Source of the DNA: Phoronis australis
Lineage: Eukaryota > Animalia > Phoronida
Assembly: GCA_002633005.1 (NCBI GenBank)
Contig: NMRA01000032.1
Span: 1,338,940-1,401,849, forward strand
DNA length: 62,910 nt
Direction: 5' to 3'
Shown: piece by piece, positions 1-14,828 of the stretch
How positions within the stretch are numbered: the first letter of the stretch is position 1
Layout of the letters: each line of letters opens with the position of its first letter
Program-made: the position numbers and the translations under genes
Notes under the pieces: generated by a model
Seen by the model: only the letters and a program-made list of their open reading frames with translations
Databases searched by the model: none
Told to the model about the DNA's origin: nothing

Positions 1-34
1 CCCCCCGCACCCAATTCCCCTCATTTGATCTCAC

Positions 35-103
35 TGTCAACATTGACTGCTTGAACTACGTCGGGATATGAAGCAAATGGAACAGGGTAACCAGACCAGG
101 AAA
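35..103 (-). CDS. Candidate internal exon (69 nt, phase 1-1) of the signal-peptide gene starting at 13458; reads (V)SWSGYPVPFASYPDVVQAVNVD
   Basis: On the minus strand: acceptor ctgtcctttcAG, an open frame, then donor GTGAG. The phase matches the phase-1 donor at 13379. No family recognised. Confidence 0.4.
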
Positions 104-785
104 CTGAAAGGACAGAGTTGGGGATTTCATCAACGGTGTTGCTGATGGTTTTCAAATGCATTGTGGAAAGGATGGAGGTTTCTAGAGCTTGCAGTCACCA
201 ACGACTTTCATTCATTGCCACTACAATACAACAAATCTATTTTTCTTACAGCACAGTTTTGTGACACCATGTTCTGCTACTTAGACAGGCACGCTTTAGT
301 TGAATGGTCCCAATGTGGGAGAGTTCGGTATTGGTAGTGCAGTTTAAATTTTCAGGTCGAAAAAAATCACGTAGTTTGTCCTAAGTGAGTATGACAATAA
401 AAGCCTGCCAATAATTTTATCCTATTTAATTCGCCATTTAAGTGCATATAATCATTATATTTTCTCATCGATTGTGATTCATTAGTTAGTGTGACCAGTT
501 GCGGCAACCATGTCTCATATTTTTTAACCTAATGAGACATTGTCTCCTTTAAGTATTATCCCAGAGCAATCACTGGTGATGCGTGGATCACGGTCGACGC
601 ATTGTCTGCGTTGCGGTGCAGAGAATCCCTCGGCGTGCAAAAAGTACATTTTCTTTGTAGGATCGAAATTCTCATTTCTATAAGAGTGGCTTATAAGCAG
701 GCGACGTCTGCCAATTAACAGATGATTTGTGGCGAGTACAAGTTAGTCGGACGAGCCAATGTGGCGTACGAGTCCTGAAAAGCAG

Positions 786-827
786 ACTAACAACTAGGCA
801 ACCTACACTAACAACTAGGCAACCTAC
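786..827. repeat. Perfect 21-bp tandem duplication (actaacaactaggcaacctac x2)
   Basis: Read directly from the sequence. Confidence 0.9.
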
Positions 828-3639
828 AGTAACATCATATCACTTTTGGCTACAATGTGGTGCATAGGTGAAATTTTATTTTCTCACTTTTTCATAAAGT
901 AAAACGATATATGCAGTATTGGAATGACGATTTACCATATCTAAGTTCCGTTAACCCACTACTACCAACAGAAAATATTTTGAAAAATTGTGTGCATTCA
1001 CAATAATGTTAAAAGCTCTTGAAAAATGAAAAAAGTGAAATTGTGGTATATTTTTCCTAGAAATTGGTGAAATTTTACCGTAACTTTGGGTTGGTCAACT
1101 TGGTCTTCAGACAGGACAGGACTTTTGATTTTTGAGGCCTACCGTACGACCGTAGGTATATCCCTACCTATAGGTTTCACACAGACCAATCCAATCTCTG
1201 TACATTATTTGAGCAAACAAGCTATGGAGATGATTTCGTTAAGATACCATTCAGCAAATTTGTGAGTTGCATGGCCCCAAATGCTCTGACACTTGGGTAA
1301 CCAAGGAGTAGCATGAACTGAAAGATTAAATTACCAAACTGTTGTTTTTGAAGTGACGTGTTTAGTAAACAATCGAAAGATACTGACATGAGAACAGGTT
1401 TTCCCCTGCATGCAAGAACAGAATGTCTGAATACACTTTTAGTCTCATTATTATTACGCATTTACAACTACATAAGGTAAACAATGTAGGCATGGAGGTA
1501 AAAAACTGTTGAGACAGAGGGAGGGAGCAGAATGGGGGGAGGGGCATTCAAATGGGGTGCAATTACATTTATGAAATGGAACAAGAAAGGCTGGTAACTG
1601 CACATTATATTAAAGGCCCTTAAGTCAAATGTCTAAACTTGGCTTAATATGAAACATTATATCTCGGAAAAGCACATCAGACAAAACATTAAGAGACTGA
1701 GCTTTCTGCACCTTATCCCAAATGCAGTCAAGAATTGTTTTTGAAATGTTACACTTTTGCTTGAGAGGCTATCAAAAATAGGTCTCTGATGATTTTTTGT
1801 CAAAAAAAAAAAACTCCAGCTGCATGAAACAAAAATGAAATAATAATTTAGAAAACTGTAACAGCGATTTTGAGGCTTCATCTTGAATATTTAATTCAAA
1901 CAAAAATTAGTCGAATCAAAACCTACAATCCATGTATTTTCGGGCAACACACAATTTTGTAGACATTTAGCTTATGCTCACACTAAGATCATACATAACC
2001 ATAAACATGTTGTTCCTTGCATCAAATCAGGAGAGGCGAACAAAGGCTAATCTGTAAAACAGTATAGACAAGTCACTGATCTAAGCTACAGGATTCTGCA
2101 ATGGTATTGGTTAGTGTAAAACATTCTAAACTAAGTGAAAACACAGATAAGGCCGAATCAGTGGTTTGCTGTTCATTGAAAAACGCTGTGACAATCACAA
2201 AAAAATCCTGGTATTCGGTACCAAAAATGGTTTTCATTCACAAGCACTTGTAGGCCTGAAAGCAACGAACCGGGCGCTCAATTTTACAGACAATTTCTCT
2301 ATGCATCTCTCTACCAGTAAAAGCAAGACTATAAAATACTTGGCAGTGAAGAAGACTTAGTGAACAACAGATTTCTTCAACGAGTTCTCTGACTTCTGAT
2401 ATGTAAAAACCAAAAGGAACAATAACAAACCTGATTTAGAGAATATTGCCTAAACCAATCTTCAGGTAAGTCATCCAGCAGTTACGATTAGTACGCATAC
2501 CTCAGTGAAGGCCAAAATTCACAGCAAAAAACAGGCATGAAAATCTTAAGTAATGAGGCAATTAAACCACCATGAAAAGTTTAAACAAAATTATTCATTA
2601 GGTTACGAGTTTGCATATTAATTCCAAGAAGCACAACCACTTCTAGTTTTCCATAATCCATACGAGGGGTTCGTACTTCGTAGGGACATTAGGTCAACTC
2701 AGCCTAACATTGTTTCAGGTGATTTGATATGCGACATCTTCTCCAATTGATACCGATGCGGGGACAGGGAGAAAACAAAGACGGCCATGTAGATGTAGGG
2801 TTTTTCTTCGCTTGGCATTACCTCGGCTTGGTACCCAAAAGGAAACTTTCTCCTCACAACTGCATATGCAGCGTTACAAAAGCCCAAATGTGCCATTTGC
2901 TTTGACCTAGATTCTAATTTGGATGCACGAGATGGGATCAATCGTAATTTCTGTCATTCACTCTGATATTTGCAGCCGACGTTAGCGTTAATGTGTGACT
3001 CGCCAGCATATACCACCACAAAACACTGGCAATTTGACACCCTTCCTCCCTCAACACTAAAAAGACCTTTGCTTTGCACTAGTCTGACTTCTTGTGAATA
3101 AAGTGAGACATGAATCACTGGAAATCAGAGATCCAGTCCAAGCCTAGACATCAAACCAATGCCCATATGTGTTTTTTGATAAATAGCCGACATTCCATAA
3201 GTTATGACTGTCTGACCCTTCTTGTGGCTACTGTCACCACTGCTGCTGAGGTAAGTCATCAGTATTTTACCAAGAAATGGTAAATACCTTTTCATTACTA
3301 ATATGAAGGAAATTCTCTGATGATTTACAATTAGGAAATTTGGAAATGGTAGAAGCAGGCCGACATTCTCCTCTAAATTCTTGACAGAATGCCTGTGTTG
3401 ATAGACATGTTATCACTGCAGCACCTGCACTGGCTGTGTTGACAGGGATTTAACAACCATAAAATTAAATAAAATCTGATATCCACAAGAATCATGCTGT
3501 GTCGTGAACATTAGCTGGGAATCACCTGGTGACCTAGATTCCAAACTTTCCTTCCTGCACCTTGGAGAATAGACAGCTAGACACTGGGTTGGCATTTTGG
3601 TGTTTATGCCACTCAGACATGCTGATTTGTATTAGAATG

Positions 3640-3662
3640 ACACACACACAAACACACACACA
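3640..3662. repeat. Interrupted (CA)n microsatellite
   Basis: Read directly from the sequence. Confidence 0.8.
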
Positions 3663-6164
3663 GAGAGTCAGAGGACATGGTTCTCTATTTGCTCCACTTT
3701 TGAAACTTGATTGCTCAAAATTACCTTGTTAGGCAATAACATCTTCAGATAACAAGTACTTGAACACAAGAGTTATCCCCAACACTAATCAATCAAAGTG
3801 GATTTACCTGCCTGGTTGTACAAAGCAGGTACAGAGCAATTTCACAAACACAATTGATGCCAATCACGGCTAAATGAAGAAAGAAAAATGACAATACTAC
3901 GACATATCTAACTTTGAAGAACCAAGAAATGCAACCAGAAATGCAACAACAGTAACTAAATTCAATGCAATAGACAAGCTTATTCCCCTGGAAGTACGAG
4001 TCAATTAACGCCATTTTATTCCTAGTGAAATGGTAAAATTTGGTAATGTGCCAGCAATGACAAGTTGTGACTTAAGTGACACTAATACACGAGGAGTGTG
4101 GGCTCGTTAGCACGAGCCATCAGAAACGATATTAGCTAAGCATGATCTACACGGGCAGGCAGCCACGACATTCAAACATTACTTTCAATTAACGTCGCTC
4201 ATTCCAATCTCGTAATAGCATAGGGAGGGAAAATTATGACAAAGTGACAGGATTTCTATTGATTGTCTATACGAAAAAGATCGATGGCAATCTCAAGCAG
4301 TATAGTGGAGACATTTTGTAGTATCGAAAATAGTTGCAGAATCTTTGACATTTCGACTTCAATCATTTATTCAAAGATATGGTCATACTCCAATATCAGG
4401 CCATGGACTTTTATACCAGAATACACTGTACTATCCACACTGGGGCCAATGCAACAACAACAACCTGGGGGCAGTATTTCATAATCTACACACACTTCAT
4501 ACTGGTTCCTTAGCAATTACCAAGGAATTTAATCAGGATTAGCTCTGCAGCCAGACACAAGATTAATAAATAGTTTAATTAATTATGCCTGCACAGTGCC
4601 CAACAGGGCCAGCCCCTCAAACCAGAACCAGCCACAACAGCTCAGTGAGAGCACCTAATGGATTATCTATGTTAACAATCTGGAGACAGGAGACAGTGCC
4701 ATCTACATCTTGAACAATAGGTCAATGGGGTTTTGGCTCATGTCTACAAATGCCCAGACATATGGTTAACCCAGTAGTCTCCTTCTGAGAAACAAGGGCA
4801 GTTCACCAACTCAACATTGGTAAAACTGACTAGCCCCTGGCCAACAATGAAGCTCAGTGGCTCCCCAGCAATAACCTATGAAGCCAATATTCAGAAACAG
4901 CAGGACACTGTCTCACATGGTTATCATCAACACACCCTTGAGCTAACCACAACAACCCATCAGATATTACCCACTAGCCTCTGGTCATCCTTGGTCCAAG
5001 GGTAACCCATGAAGACATTTATTAAAAACCAGCAGGGCTATGTCTCAACTGGTTATCATCAAGCGTTCAAAAGACTATCAACTCTTGATGGTGGTTGTAC
5101 AGGAACAAACAATCCAACACCTGCTGAATTAATTTGTGATAAAGAAGACATGGAACACATGATTGGTCGCCACAAGATACCTGAGGTGCATCTTAATTGG
5201 ATTTGGCTTGAACACCTAAAGACCTTTTCATCTTCTCTATTTCTGGTTCAGTGACTCAGGAGTCGCTAGACCAAGGTGTCACCATATTTATGGACAGAAA
5301 GTAACAAAAGGAACTCCCCTGGAAAATCCACCAGGCAATGACTGAAGTCTGAACAATGATTAATCAGACAGGACATTAATATTTAAGGAAATGCAGTGAA
5401 CTCTTAGGAATATTAGTTTTTCATAAATACCCACATGTTCAACCAGGCAAACCCCCAAGCTGACAAGAGAATCTGAAAGCTTCAGTAACACCTCACAAAT
5501 TCCAGACAAAAATAATGGCCAACATTGCTCTTTTTTCATATTTCAAAGACTTCTATAATTTTTGCTTAAGTCCACAGTTTTTTAAAATATTGTCTATTGG
5601 TAGTTATGATGCAGACCTGGGCATCCCGAACTGATGAGATTTTTCGGTAATTCCCTGGAATACAATCAAATGATGCACTGGTCACTGGTGTATTATGCAA
5701 GATTTTTGTTCAGCTCATGTGCAAGCTAACAAAGCATGAGTCTGAGAAAATGATCTCTTGTAAAACTTCAAATGATAAACTCCTGTATTACATAAGATCA
5801 ATTACTTCATAATTGCCTTTGAACACAAAGCTGGCAGCCAATTTGCCTGCCTGAGTAGGTCTTTGACAAAAGGGTAGCTTGCTGGAATCAAATTATTTGA
5901 AAAGTGATTCAGAGTGGACTTCAAATCAGCAGCCAAGAACCCACAAATGACAGAACTTAAACCAATTAGAGAAGGACAAAAGAGGAGAATCATAGCCATT
6001 GACCAGTCAGCTAATAAAATGTCAACCAATGAAAGGGCACAGACATCCTCAGTAAATGTGCTGAGTACTACTCCACTGTGACTTTCAGTAAGTTTGTGAT
6101 AAGTTTATTTTATGGAAACCCAAATCAAAAAATCCACAACACAAATTTTCCCAATACAAGAATG

Positions 6165-6675
6165 AAATTCTCTGCAGGACCAAAAAATATACTCAAAACC
6201 AAAATTCATCGCACCAGGACACAAAATTTGTTACGTAGGAAAAATTTCACGTCAAGCAAATATCACGCATCAGGAAAATTTAACGTCAGGAAAATTTCAT
6301 GCCAGATCACGTGAACATCCACAAGCACGTGACCCCTCAAAGAGGTGACGAAATAGGTACATATTGTCCTGCTGACGACAGTCATATTAAGGTGACAACG
6401 AGGTTGAATCTCTGCTGTCTCTTCCACGTTACACAACACAAGCCAATGTACACTTTAAAACGCTAGACCTGAGTATGACTGAGTATTAGAGACACAGCGG
6501 ATCACCACTGTAATGTGGTCTCCTGGCATTAAATTTTCTCCTGTCAAGAGACTTTATGTCCTGTCGTGATAAATTTTGTGTCCTGGCATGATAAATTTTC
6601 GGTCCTGACATGATTAATTATAGGTTCTGGTACGATAAATTTTGAGTATATTCTTTTGGTCCAGCAGAGAAATTT
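6165..6675. mobile_element. Foldback-type non-autonomous element with long inverted arms built from ~20-bp subrepeats
   Basis: Left arm aaattctctgcaggaccaaaaaatatactcaaaa is the near reverse complement of right arm ttttgagtatattcttttggtccagcagagaaattt. Both arms contain repeated AAAATTTATCAYG..CAGGAC-like units. Confidence 0.7.
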
Positions 6676-9600
6676 GAAAAGCTGAATGGCTATAGTGCAG
6701 ATACCTGTAAAATCGCCTAGAAGTTTAGCCAACAAGAGAATCATTTCAATATTGACTTAGGATAGAAATGTGATAACATCGTTTTGGAAGCGTAAATACG
6801 ACTCTGCCAAAGAGTGTGGAGCAACGGCAGGTATTTTGGAGCTCTCAAGATGACAGTAAGAATTCTTCAAAGATATCTGCCTGGGCACACAGGCTTACAC
6901 TTAGTCATGCAGCACTTGAAAACATCAGCTTCTAGGTTAAGATAATGACTGAGTTATCTTCCAAAAGCTCAATAGCAATATGACGCTTAAACGGTAATTT
7001 TCACTTATTTAGCGCACGATATGGCTGACAATTGGAATTTTACTTTGGCAAATTTCTCCACAAAAAAGATTAGGAATTTTTTAGTTTATTACTAGCATGA
7101 TTCTGGTAAATTTTCAACAACTCGTAAAGTTATCAGCTTTAGAAAAATGCTTATTTTGTGCTAAGTGAGTTGAGATTCTAGACAAAAGAGAGCCATATGG
7201 TCTAGAATTGTTTTAAAAATCTCCTCTCTGAACACACATGGCATCAATTGAACATTTCAAACATGCCATTAAAACAGCACAACTATAAATTAAATCAGAA
7301 CTAACATCAAGCTGATTAATTGCACCTCGGAATCTGAGACTTCTAACCATAAATTGTAGGCTAATGCGCTTATCATCTTCCACTAAACGCTGCCACTTCC
7401 TGTAAATCAATGCACAATGGATCAGGCTTAGACAGATTGATTTGGAATATTTCATATAAAAATACAAAATACTTTTACACGGAATGGTAAAAAATGGCAC
7501 ATTAGAATAGCTGAGGATGACAACATGGTGCACACAAGCCATAGAGACAATATTTCACAGTAACAGAACTGGCCAATGCCCTTTTGAGCAAGAGACAGTC
7601 TCATGTTATAAACATGCAGCTTCCTTGTCTCAAGGGCAATAGGGAAGTCTCAACATCATTTACTACAGACAGACACCATACACACCAACGCTGGTCAAGT
7701 ACAACAAATTTACGACTATTCCATAAAATTTGTCAATTATTACAATGGATAGAATTAAAAGTGATTAAAGTTACAAAAGAGTAATAACTTGGGTCTAATT
7801 CTGGTTCACACCTACAAACTGTTATGCTCTAAACAATGCAAACACGATAGGAGAAAAACAGTACAATGTGCAAATTCCTTCAAGGAAGTATTTACAGTAA
7901 TTAACAAGAAGCACAAAGCACAAAAGCATAGAAACGAGGTGGACTAGCACATAACTTCAGAATAAATTTTTTACTTATTAAGGAACAGAATCCTTTCAAA
8001 ATCAAATGGTGTCACTGAAAAGGGACAATGGCTAGCATTGGGGAAACTATCTTCCAGAAAGGGCCTTACAGCAAGATACCAACAACGCCTCTATTAAAAT
8101 TTTAGCAGTACTGTGTAAATTCCAACAAGCAATTTTCACAACTCAGCTAACTGTACAATCAAAACAAGACCAAGTGACACATTACAATAACAGTTGGCCT
8201 TGATCTCATCACAGACATCTTGGGCCATCTGTCCAAGAGAACAGTTGAAGACAATTCAATGTGTCAGACAGTGACAGCCAGCCAAGGATTTCAATCAGCT
8301 GTCTTGTCGCTAGGGCAACACAGGCAGCTGACAAGCCAATTGTTCCAAAGATAAATGTCCCACCAGAACCAGATGGTGAAAAGAAAACCTTCTGAAGGGA
8401 ATTTTCCCCACGTTTGTTGCTAAATATTTCTGGTAACCAAGATAATTGAATTAAGACAAAGTAGGGTGTCTTCTGTAAATCCAATATGGCATGTTGCATA
8501 ACAGTGTGAAAAACAATCCCTGGAATCCAGGACTTGTCCTAAAGGTAACAATACCACCTTACTACCATACTTATTTTGAGTTCTTTCAAACTAACAAATG
8601 GCCAAAGGGGCCAAATACCCCGTGTGCCATTAGTTTTAGGCAATTTTGTCAATGAAATAGCTAGTGTTATCAGCAATTTATAGAAACTCCTATTTCATTT
8701 TAAAATCGGGTATTGATAAAGGCCCATTTTCCAGATCAGTTATTCCTTCATAAAAATTATATGTGTACACATTTGAGCAAACGTGTTAATAGACATGGGT
8801 GTCTTTCCTTCAAATCCTCGATATGGGCACAAGCCGCACAAGTCCATTTTCCTCTGCCAGTGCATTTCTAAGAACACCCTTTTAGTTGAGATGTTAAAGT
8901 CAGATGTTAAACTTAGATCAAGCCCATTACTGAGCCATTCTCAATGAATCCCGACAATTCGACACTTGAGTCCCTCGATTTTCAAGTATCTTCATTTGGA
9001 GCTAACGTAACATTTTCTCTTAATTTAACGTATAATTGATAAGTTTTGAACAAGTTCCTCAGCTCAGCAAGTGCAGTTATAGAGTTATTCTGTTGTTTTA
9101 TTAGAGCAACTGGACCTCCATATTTACAAACAAAATCGCCTTGCTTCACCTATATCTTGACTTCTTTGGTCTCAGATAACACTCTGTTGTTTTCTTGTCT
9201 TTCGACTTATTGTACTTCTGTCAGTTCTGACACATCACCATAGCTTTGTAGAGCTATTTTAATTTCCACATCTTCATTTTAATCAAAGCACAATTGTGGA
9301 GTTTATGCACATCTCGTAAATGATTCCAAAAAAATTCCACACAGCCACTTTCAGATGAGACAAAGGTTTAAAAAATTAATGCCATCGCCATTTTTTGTGC
9401 ATTACAAATTATTGATCGCGAATTTACTAAAATTTCTGTTTAAACTTTTTTACAAAAACACGCCAATGAGGTCTCGTAAATGATTTGAGATTTGGCTTCA
9501 CTCAGTAAACATGGTGGTAATTAAAATTTATTTTTAGTTTGTGAAAAACATTGGCTTTCTTTTTGAATGTCTCGCTGAGTTTCCAAAACATAATTATTTG

Positions 9601-12551
9601 TTTCAATAGGACAAGTTATTATAACAAAAAAGAGCCTGTTTCTACGTTGTCATTTTTTCAGCTTCACGCAATTTTATGGAACACTAAGCTACATGGTGCA
9701 TTGTGACACCTACCATGTAAACTGTAGCTGGTCATAAGACACAGCACCCACATTAGACATATTTTTCTTTATTTTAAAAGTCTTTTGATGTTGTTTCATG
9801 ACTTCGGACATTTTCTTTGGAGAGCTGAACATTGGCTTCACCATTTGTCGCGATTCATTGAGAATGATACTACTACGTACATGCCTGATGCCAGTGTGAC
9901 TGAAATGAAGTCGAAAACTGAAGCTCAAGAAATTCAGACAAAATCACTCCAAAAAGTCAGCAAGAATACTACTGGTGTCCATTAACATAGCTCAGCATGT
10001 CTGTTTAAAAACAGTTGTGTTTTAGATGGAAATCTTCAGAGACCAGGTAAAATGTTAGGTAAACAAATTGCCCAAACTGAGCAGAGAAAACAAAGGCAAA
10101 TTCAGAACCCACAGGAATGCGTTAAAGAAATTTAAAGTGGATAGGACAGAAGAGAATTCACACATCCACCCAAATCAATAAGTGATCTGAATCACTACTT
10201 CCAACTCCAATGTTCCCAGCTGCTCCTGGTCATGTAACCAATTTTAACCAGTTGAAAAGGCTTTGGTCTCCAAGGCATTTCTCAAGTAAAACCCAAGTCA
10301 ATGGGAACAATGCACATTTGTGCCAAATCAAAGAACCTCAAAGGCTGCTGTCTGATAAAATGGTGTGCCCTGTGGACAGGCTCTCTCTCAACCTATAGGG
10401 TCCAGATATCACAAGTATTCAGGGGATAGTCAAGGCAACTGTTAAAGGTTTGGAAGTTTATTATTCCAAGAGTAGCTACTTGACTACTGCTGCCCTTGGA
10501 AAGGAGATAAAAATAGCCAAAGAAAACAACTACAGCTGATCCACTTGAGGCTGCGTGGAAAAAATGTGTACTCTATACCGCGCAATCTCAGCAATTTTAA
10601 ACAATAAATTGCTAAAAACTCCCCTTTTCATTTTCAGGAGCTTCTACAACCGACGTCGGTGTCTGCCATTTATAGAAATATAGCTCAAACTGAACATGAA
10701 ACCAGCAAGCCATAACATTTATCTGATGTTTCTAATCTCTTATAGATAAAACATGGAAAAGTAAAACTTGCCTTGTCTACCACAATGTACCCTAAATTGG
10801 TAAGATCTTAACTGCACAAAAACATCTAATCTTCACACACAAAGTCATATCCTTAGGTTGACACTGGGAGAACTATAGAATTTAAAAAAAAAGTCAAGCA
10901 GTAGGTTAAGGATATTTTGTTACTTTAATTACAACATTATGTGACGCTAAGACCCGCTGGGCAACCCAAGAGTTGACGAACAGTTCAGTGAAATCAATCC
11001 CCAGTACCAACATGGACCTGGGTGCTTGGCATAATACAGGAGACAGCTGAGTTCAGGGCTTGTTTACCAAGGTTGACAAGAGATCAATTTATCAAGTCTT
11101 TATCATCCCTGTAGGGGAGTCCACATTTGGTCCTCCCGCATTTCAACTTCCAATAAACACCGGGGCTATGTGGCAGAACAGAGCTCGGCTGGGTTGAGTT
11201 CCCGTGTGATCACATGCTTTGCTTGTAATACATGGCAATGTCTCACAAGACTTGTATTTTTGGAAAGTTCTTGCGCCCGCTTACATTGAGAAAGAGTAAG
11301 CTTCAACCGAAATTGGAATGGATGTTACGGTAAAACCGACACAACTTTTTAGATATCAAAAGCAATCAACAACATCTCACAATTTAGAAAAACAGGATCA
11401 TAAAATGTAATATGCATTGTTTCAATGAATAACTATACTTTAGAATAAAAGATTAAGAGCACATTCAGCGCTTAGTTACAAAGCTGATATGACATGGCCA
11501 CAAGATTACAAATGAGATCTACGTACAGTGGTGAACACGGTCTCCAATAAAACAACACGGTATTTGTTCACTTATGTCCTAGCTCCAAGCAACACGATGT
11601 CTCCATGAAAGCTATCTGGTTACTGACTTGAATTACAAATTTCCTTTCAAATCGCGTTCAAAGCAAAAAGGGAACAACACAATGACCTGCAGTTGCCTCC
11701 CAAATGGAATTTTGAACTGTTATTATTGACCATCAGCGTAATACAAAACAGCACTAGTAAAATACTGCAGCTATTTGGTGAATCCCTACTTTTGATGTGC
11801 TTTACGTGTAGCGCGCATTACAAATGCCAAACAATAGAACTTTTGTGGAACCAGAGGTCCCTGAAAATATTTAGTTAACACTAAAGTTTGGCAGCCAGTA
11901 CAAAGCAGATCAAAGAACATCAAACAGAACTTCGGGCACTCGGAAACTCCTCTCAGAAGCTCAATAACATCTCTCTTGATAACATACAAATGAGGGCTAT
12001 AAATCTTGAGACAGAAGAGTACATAAATTTGTAGTTTTGGCTTTGACTCATTAAAATTCCAGTAGAACACATGTCATGAAAATTGCTGCCCGAAAAATTT
12101 TCACATCTTAAGAACACAGGGAAGCGTGGAAAACTTTGTAAAATTTCTCATGGAAAATTTTTAAAAAAATTTCACTTTGCATCCAATGTTTATAGAGGGC
12201 AGTTGTAATACAAATACATAAATTTTTGAAAGACCATCAGCCAGACATTGGAAAATTCAGAAATGTAATCAGTCAGCATCTTCCAGAGCTCAACCACACG
12301 CGTACGTTCTCTTGAAGACATTTACTCAACATCAGTGAACTTGGCGTCCACGTGCCAAGAAGTTGAACTAGGCACTATCAGAACACACCAACCATTGACT
12401 TTGATAACCCTGCAATCTCTGAATAACCGACCTGTTAGGATATTCAGTGTACGGAACCTGGGTTTTTCAGTCCAAATCATGGACCGGAGAGCAGAGTGTT
12501 CGAACAGTTCAGTCCAAGTCGCCAGTGAGCTCATGTCACCGTTGGTCAGTT

Positions 12552-12808
12552 CATGTGCGCACCAAGTAGAGGCTCCGAGGATCCAATGAGCCCCCCCCCA
12601 TTTGGCGAAGTGGCCAAAAAGGTCCGCCTCATAGAAACAAAAAATCCGAAAAAAGGAGAAAACAAGAAAAAAGTCCACTAAAAAGGCAGGAACTGGTACT
12701 GAAATTCGGCAAATGTACAATTCATAGCTCTGAACATGAATCTTAGTAAAAGGTCCACATTCTCAAAAATTCAAGGACCCCCCATTTTATAGGCTGGGTG
12801 CCCGCATG
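12552..12808. mobile_element. MITE with CAT...ATG ends and 5-bp TSD CAGTT (hAT5-like by inference)
   Basis: Imperfect TIRs catgtgcgcacc / gggtgcccgcatg, with CAGTT on both flanks. The body is homologous to 15660-15937. Confidence 0.8.
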
Positions 12809-13379
12809 CAGTTATTTGCCAAACTCTTCTACTTTCACGACACCAAAAGGGATGAAACAACTGCATGGGCTCCACAAGAATTTCAACTGCTATCAAATCC
12901 AGAGTTTGATTATCTTTAACCTGTCAGTATGGTTCAGAGTTCATGTTGCTAATCATTAGATGATTAGGCCTAGGTGCAAGGTGGATGACAATACCCGAAT
13001 GTAAGAAACTACTGGGGCTGGCCATTATCACAGACAAAACCTCAGTTTGACTGACTCTGAAAACCTATCAAAACACATAACTCTTAGTTTCAGCTTTCCC
13101 TTCCAGATTAATATTCAACAGAAATCTGATACAGATGGTTTGAATCCGGGACAGTAACTTCGCCAGGTTTTCACTTTCAGCTAATCCAGGTGTAATTTCC
13201 AATCCGTGTTTACTATTCGAAACGAGAAAAATTAGCATCAGGAACTTCGACAGCGCTCCGAACTTCGATCCTAAATAAAACGACACAGCTGAAAGACCGG
13301 TAAAATCTTCCTCAAAATAATACATCTCACACACACGCTCTCTCACTAAACTGAGTAAACGCAATTTAGGCCTACTTAC

Positions 13380-13458
13380 CCGTCGACGTTAGCACCGTTT
13401 GAAAGATTAAAAGGACACCCCATAAGAAATTGATAAATGTCGTGTATTTGGCAGCCAT
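13380..13458 (-). CDS. Probable first coding exon of a secreted or membrane protein (signal peptide MAAKYTTFINFLWGVLLIFQTVLTST)
   Basis: ATG in context ataATGG, 26 codons with basic n-region and hydrophobic h-region, then a consensus donor G|GTAAGT in phase 1, which is typical of signal-peptide exons. The gene would continue leftwards. Confidence 0.65.
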
Positions 13459-14828
13459 TATGACTCCACGTCCGGTCACCACACGCACTGTTTAGTCCCT
13501 GAGACTGTCATAGATAGAGCCAGTATAAGTTCTCTTCAATTAACCCAAATTATGGAGAAATGTTACTAGTTTTATCACATCAAGCCATTCTTACGTCTAC
13601 CACCAGCTCGTTGTCGAGGTTTACTACATGTCTGAAAACGAGGCTAGGCTTTCCATATTTGGAATATACGCACAACAACAACTAGGTGTCGCTGTGTGCA
13701 GGCACCAAAGAAAACAAACAAGTTCAATGGGTTTCTTGGTAAAAACCGTGACAAATTAATGATGACAAAGAATTGACCATTTCCCCGATGACACAAACTT
13801 AAACAACTAAGAATGGCAAATAAAAACAAAACTTAAGGACGAAGAAGTCATCACGTTATATAGAAGCAAATGAATTTTTTTGTTCAAATAAACTTGGTCC
13901 AACAATTGCAACAAATCTTCAAGACTGGCAGTTAGTAAAAATGACTTCCCAAAAATGATGTTTGTAAAAGAAAACGTTGAAAATTGGTTGCTCAACTCAA
14001 CAAATGTTAAGTGACACAGAAAATAAACAAATTCATGAACGTGCTGTCGATTTTGCGACAGAGCTAATTCTAAAGTCAAGATATAGACTTACATACAAAC
14101 TTCATTATAGGTGATCAAAAATACACCAATTTAGAGACCGCCAATGGTGAGTATGAAAACAGAGGTAGTATCACAGTGACGATGTTTTACAGACATTTTT
14201 AAAGAAAACACTTATAAAGCTTGAAAACATATGGAGCGGATTCATGAAGAACCCTATAGTTACATATATATCTATAGTTGAATGAGTTGTAGGATGTATG
14301 TTCAAAGTGGTCGACCCGTCAGTTAGACTAGTTGTTGGAGGCCAGAACAAAGCGAGCGCTACAAAACGACACCTATTGGTAAGGTGTTTGTTCCTATATC
14401 AAGTGTTGCTATAATAATATATGGGTACGAATATTACAGAGATTTGGTTTTGAACGGCGGAAGCGTACTGCAACGATGTCACATTATTACATTGATAGAA
14501 GCTACACAATTTCCTGCCAAGTAAATGCCCTACCAATGTGAAAAGTTCAAACGGAAAACGGCGCCATTGATGCGCAAAACGTAGTCAGTCGCCAGCAAGT
14601 CTGTCTAAAACTAAAACAACTATAGGTGTTACAATAGAAACGTAAATAAAATATCGATGCACTAATTTCTCATTTCCACAAAGCCTGTGGTCTCAGAACA
14701 CATGTCAGCGAGTAATTCACCGATATCCATGAAAATTGTGTTAACTAATGTCTCATCGATCGTGTGTAAGACTATCTTTGGGAAGCGTTAACAAAACTTC
14801 CACCTGACACGGCAGGTTGAGATTCAGT

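Noticed and set aside
3808-3869. Minus-strand exon-like segment AVIGINCVCEIALYLLCTTRQ with AG/GT ends
   Set aside because: Its phase (1 to 0) is incompatible with the candidate exon at 35-103, and there is no homology support.
8700-9290. Protein-like minus-strand text, possibly a decayed transposon ORF
   Set aside because: Multiple stops and no recognisable motif.
10940-11214. Possible solo LTR (TG...CA with AATAAA)
   Set aside because: No target-site duplication and no second copy.
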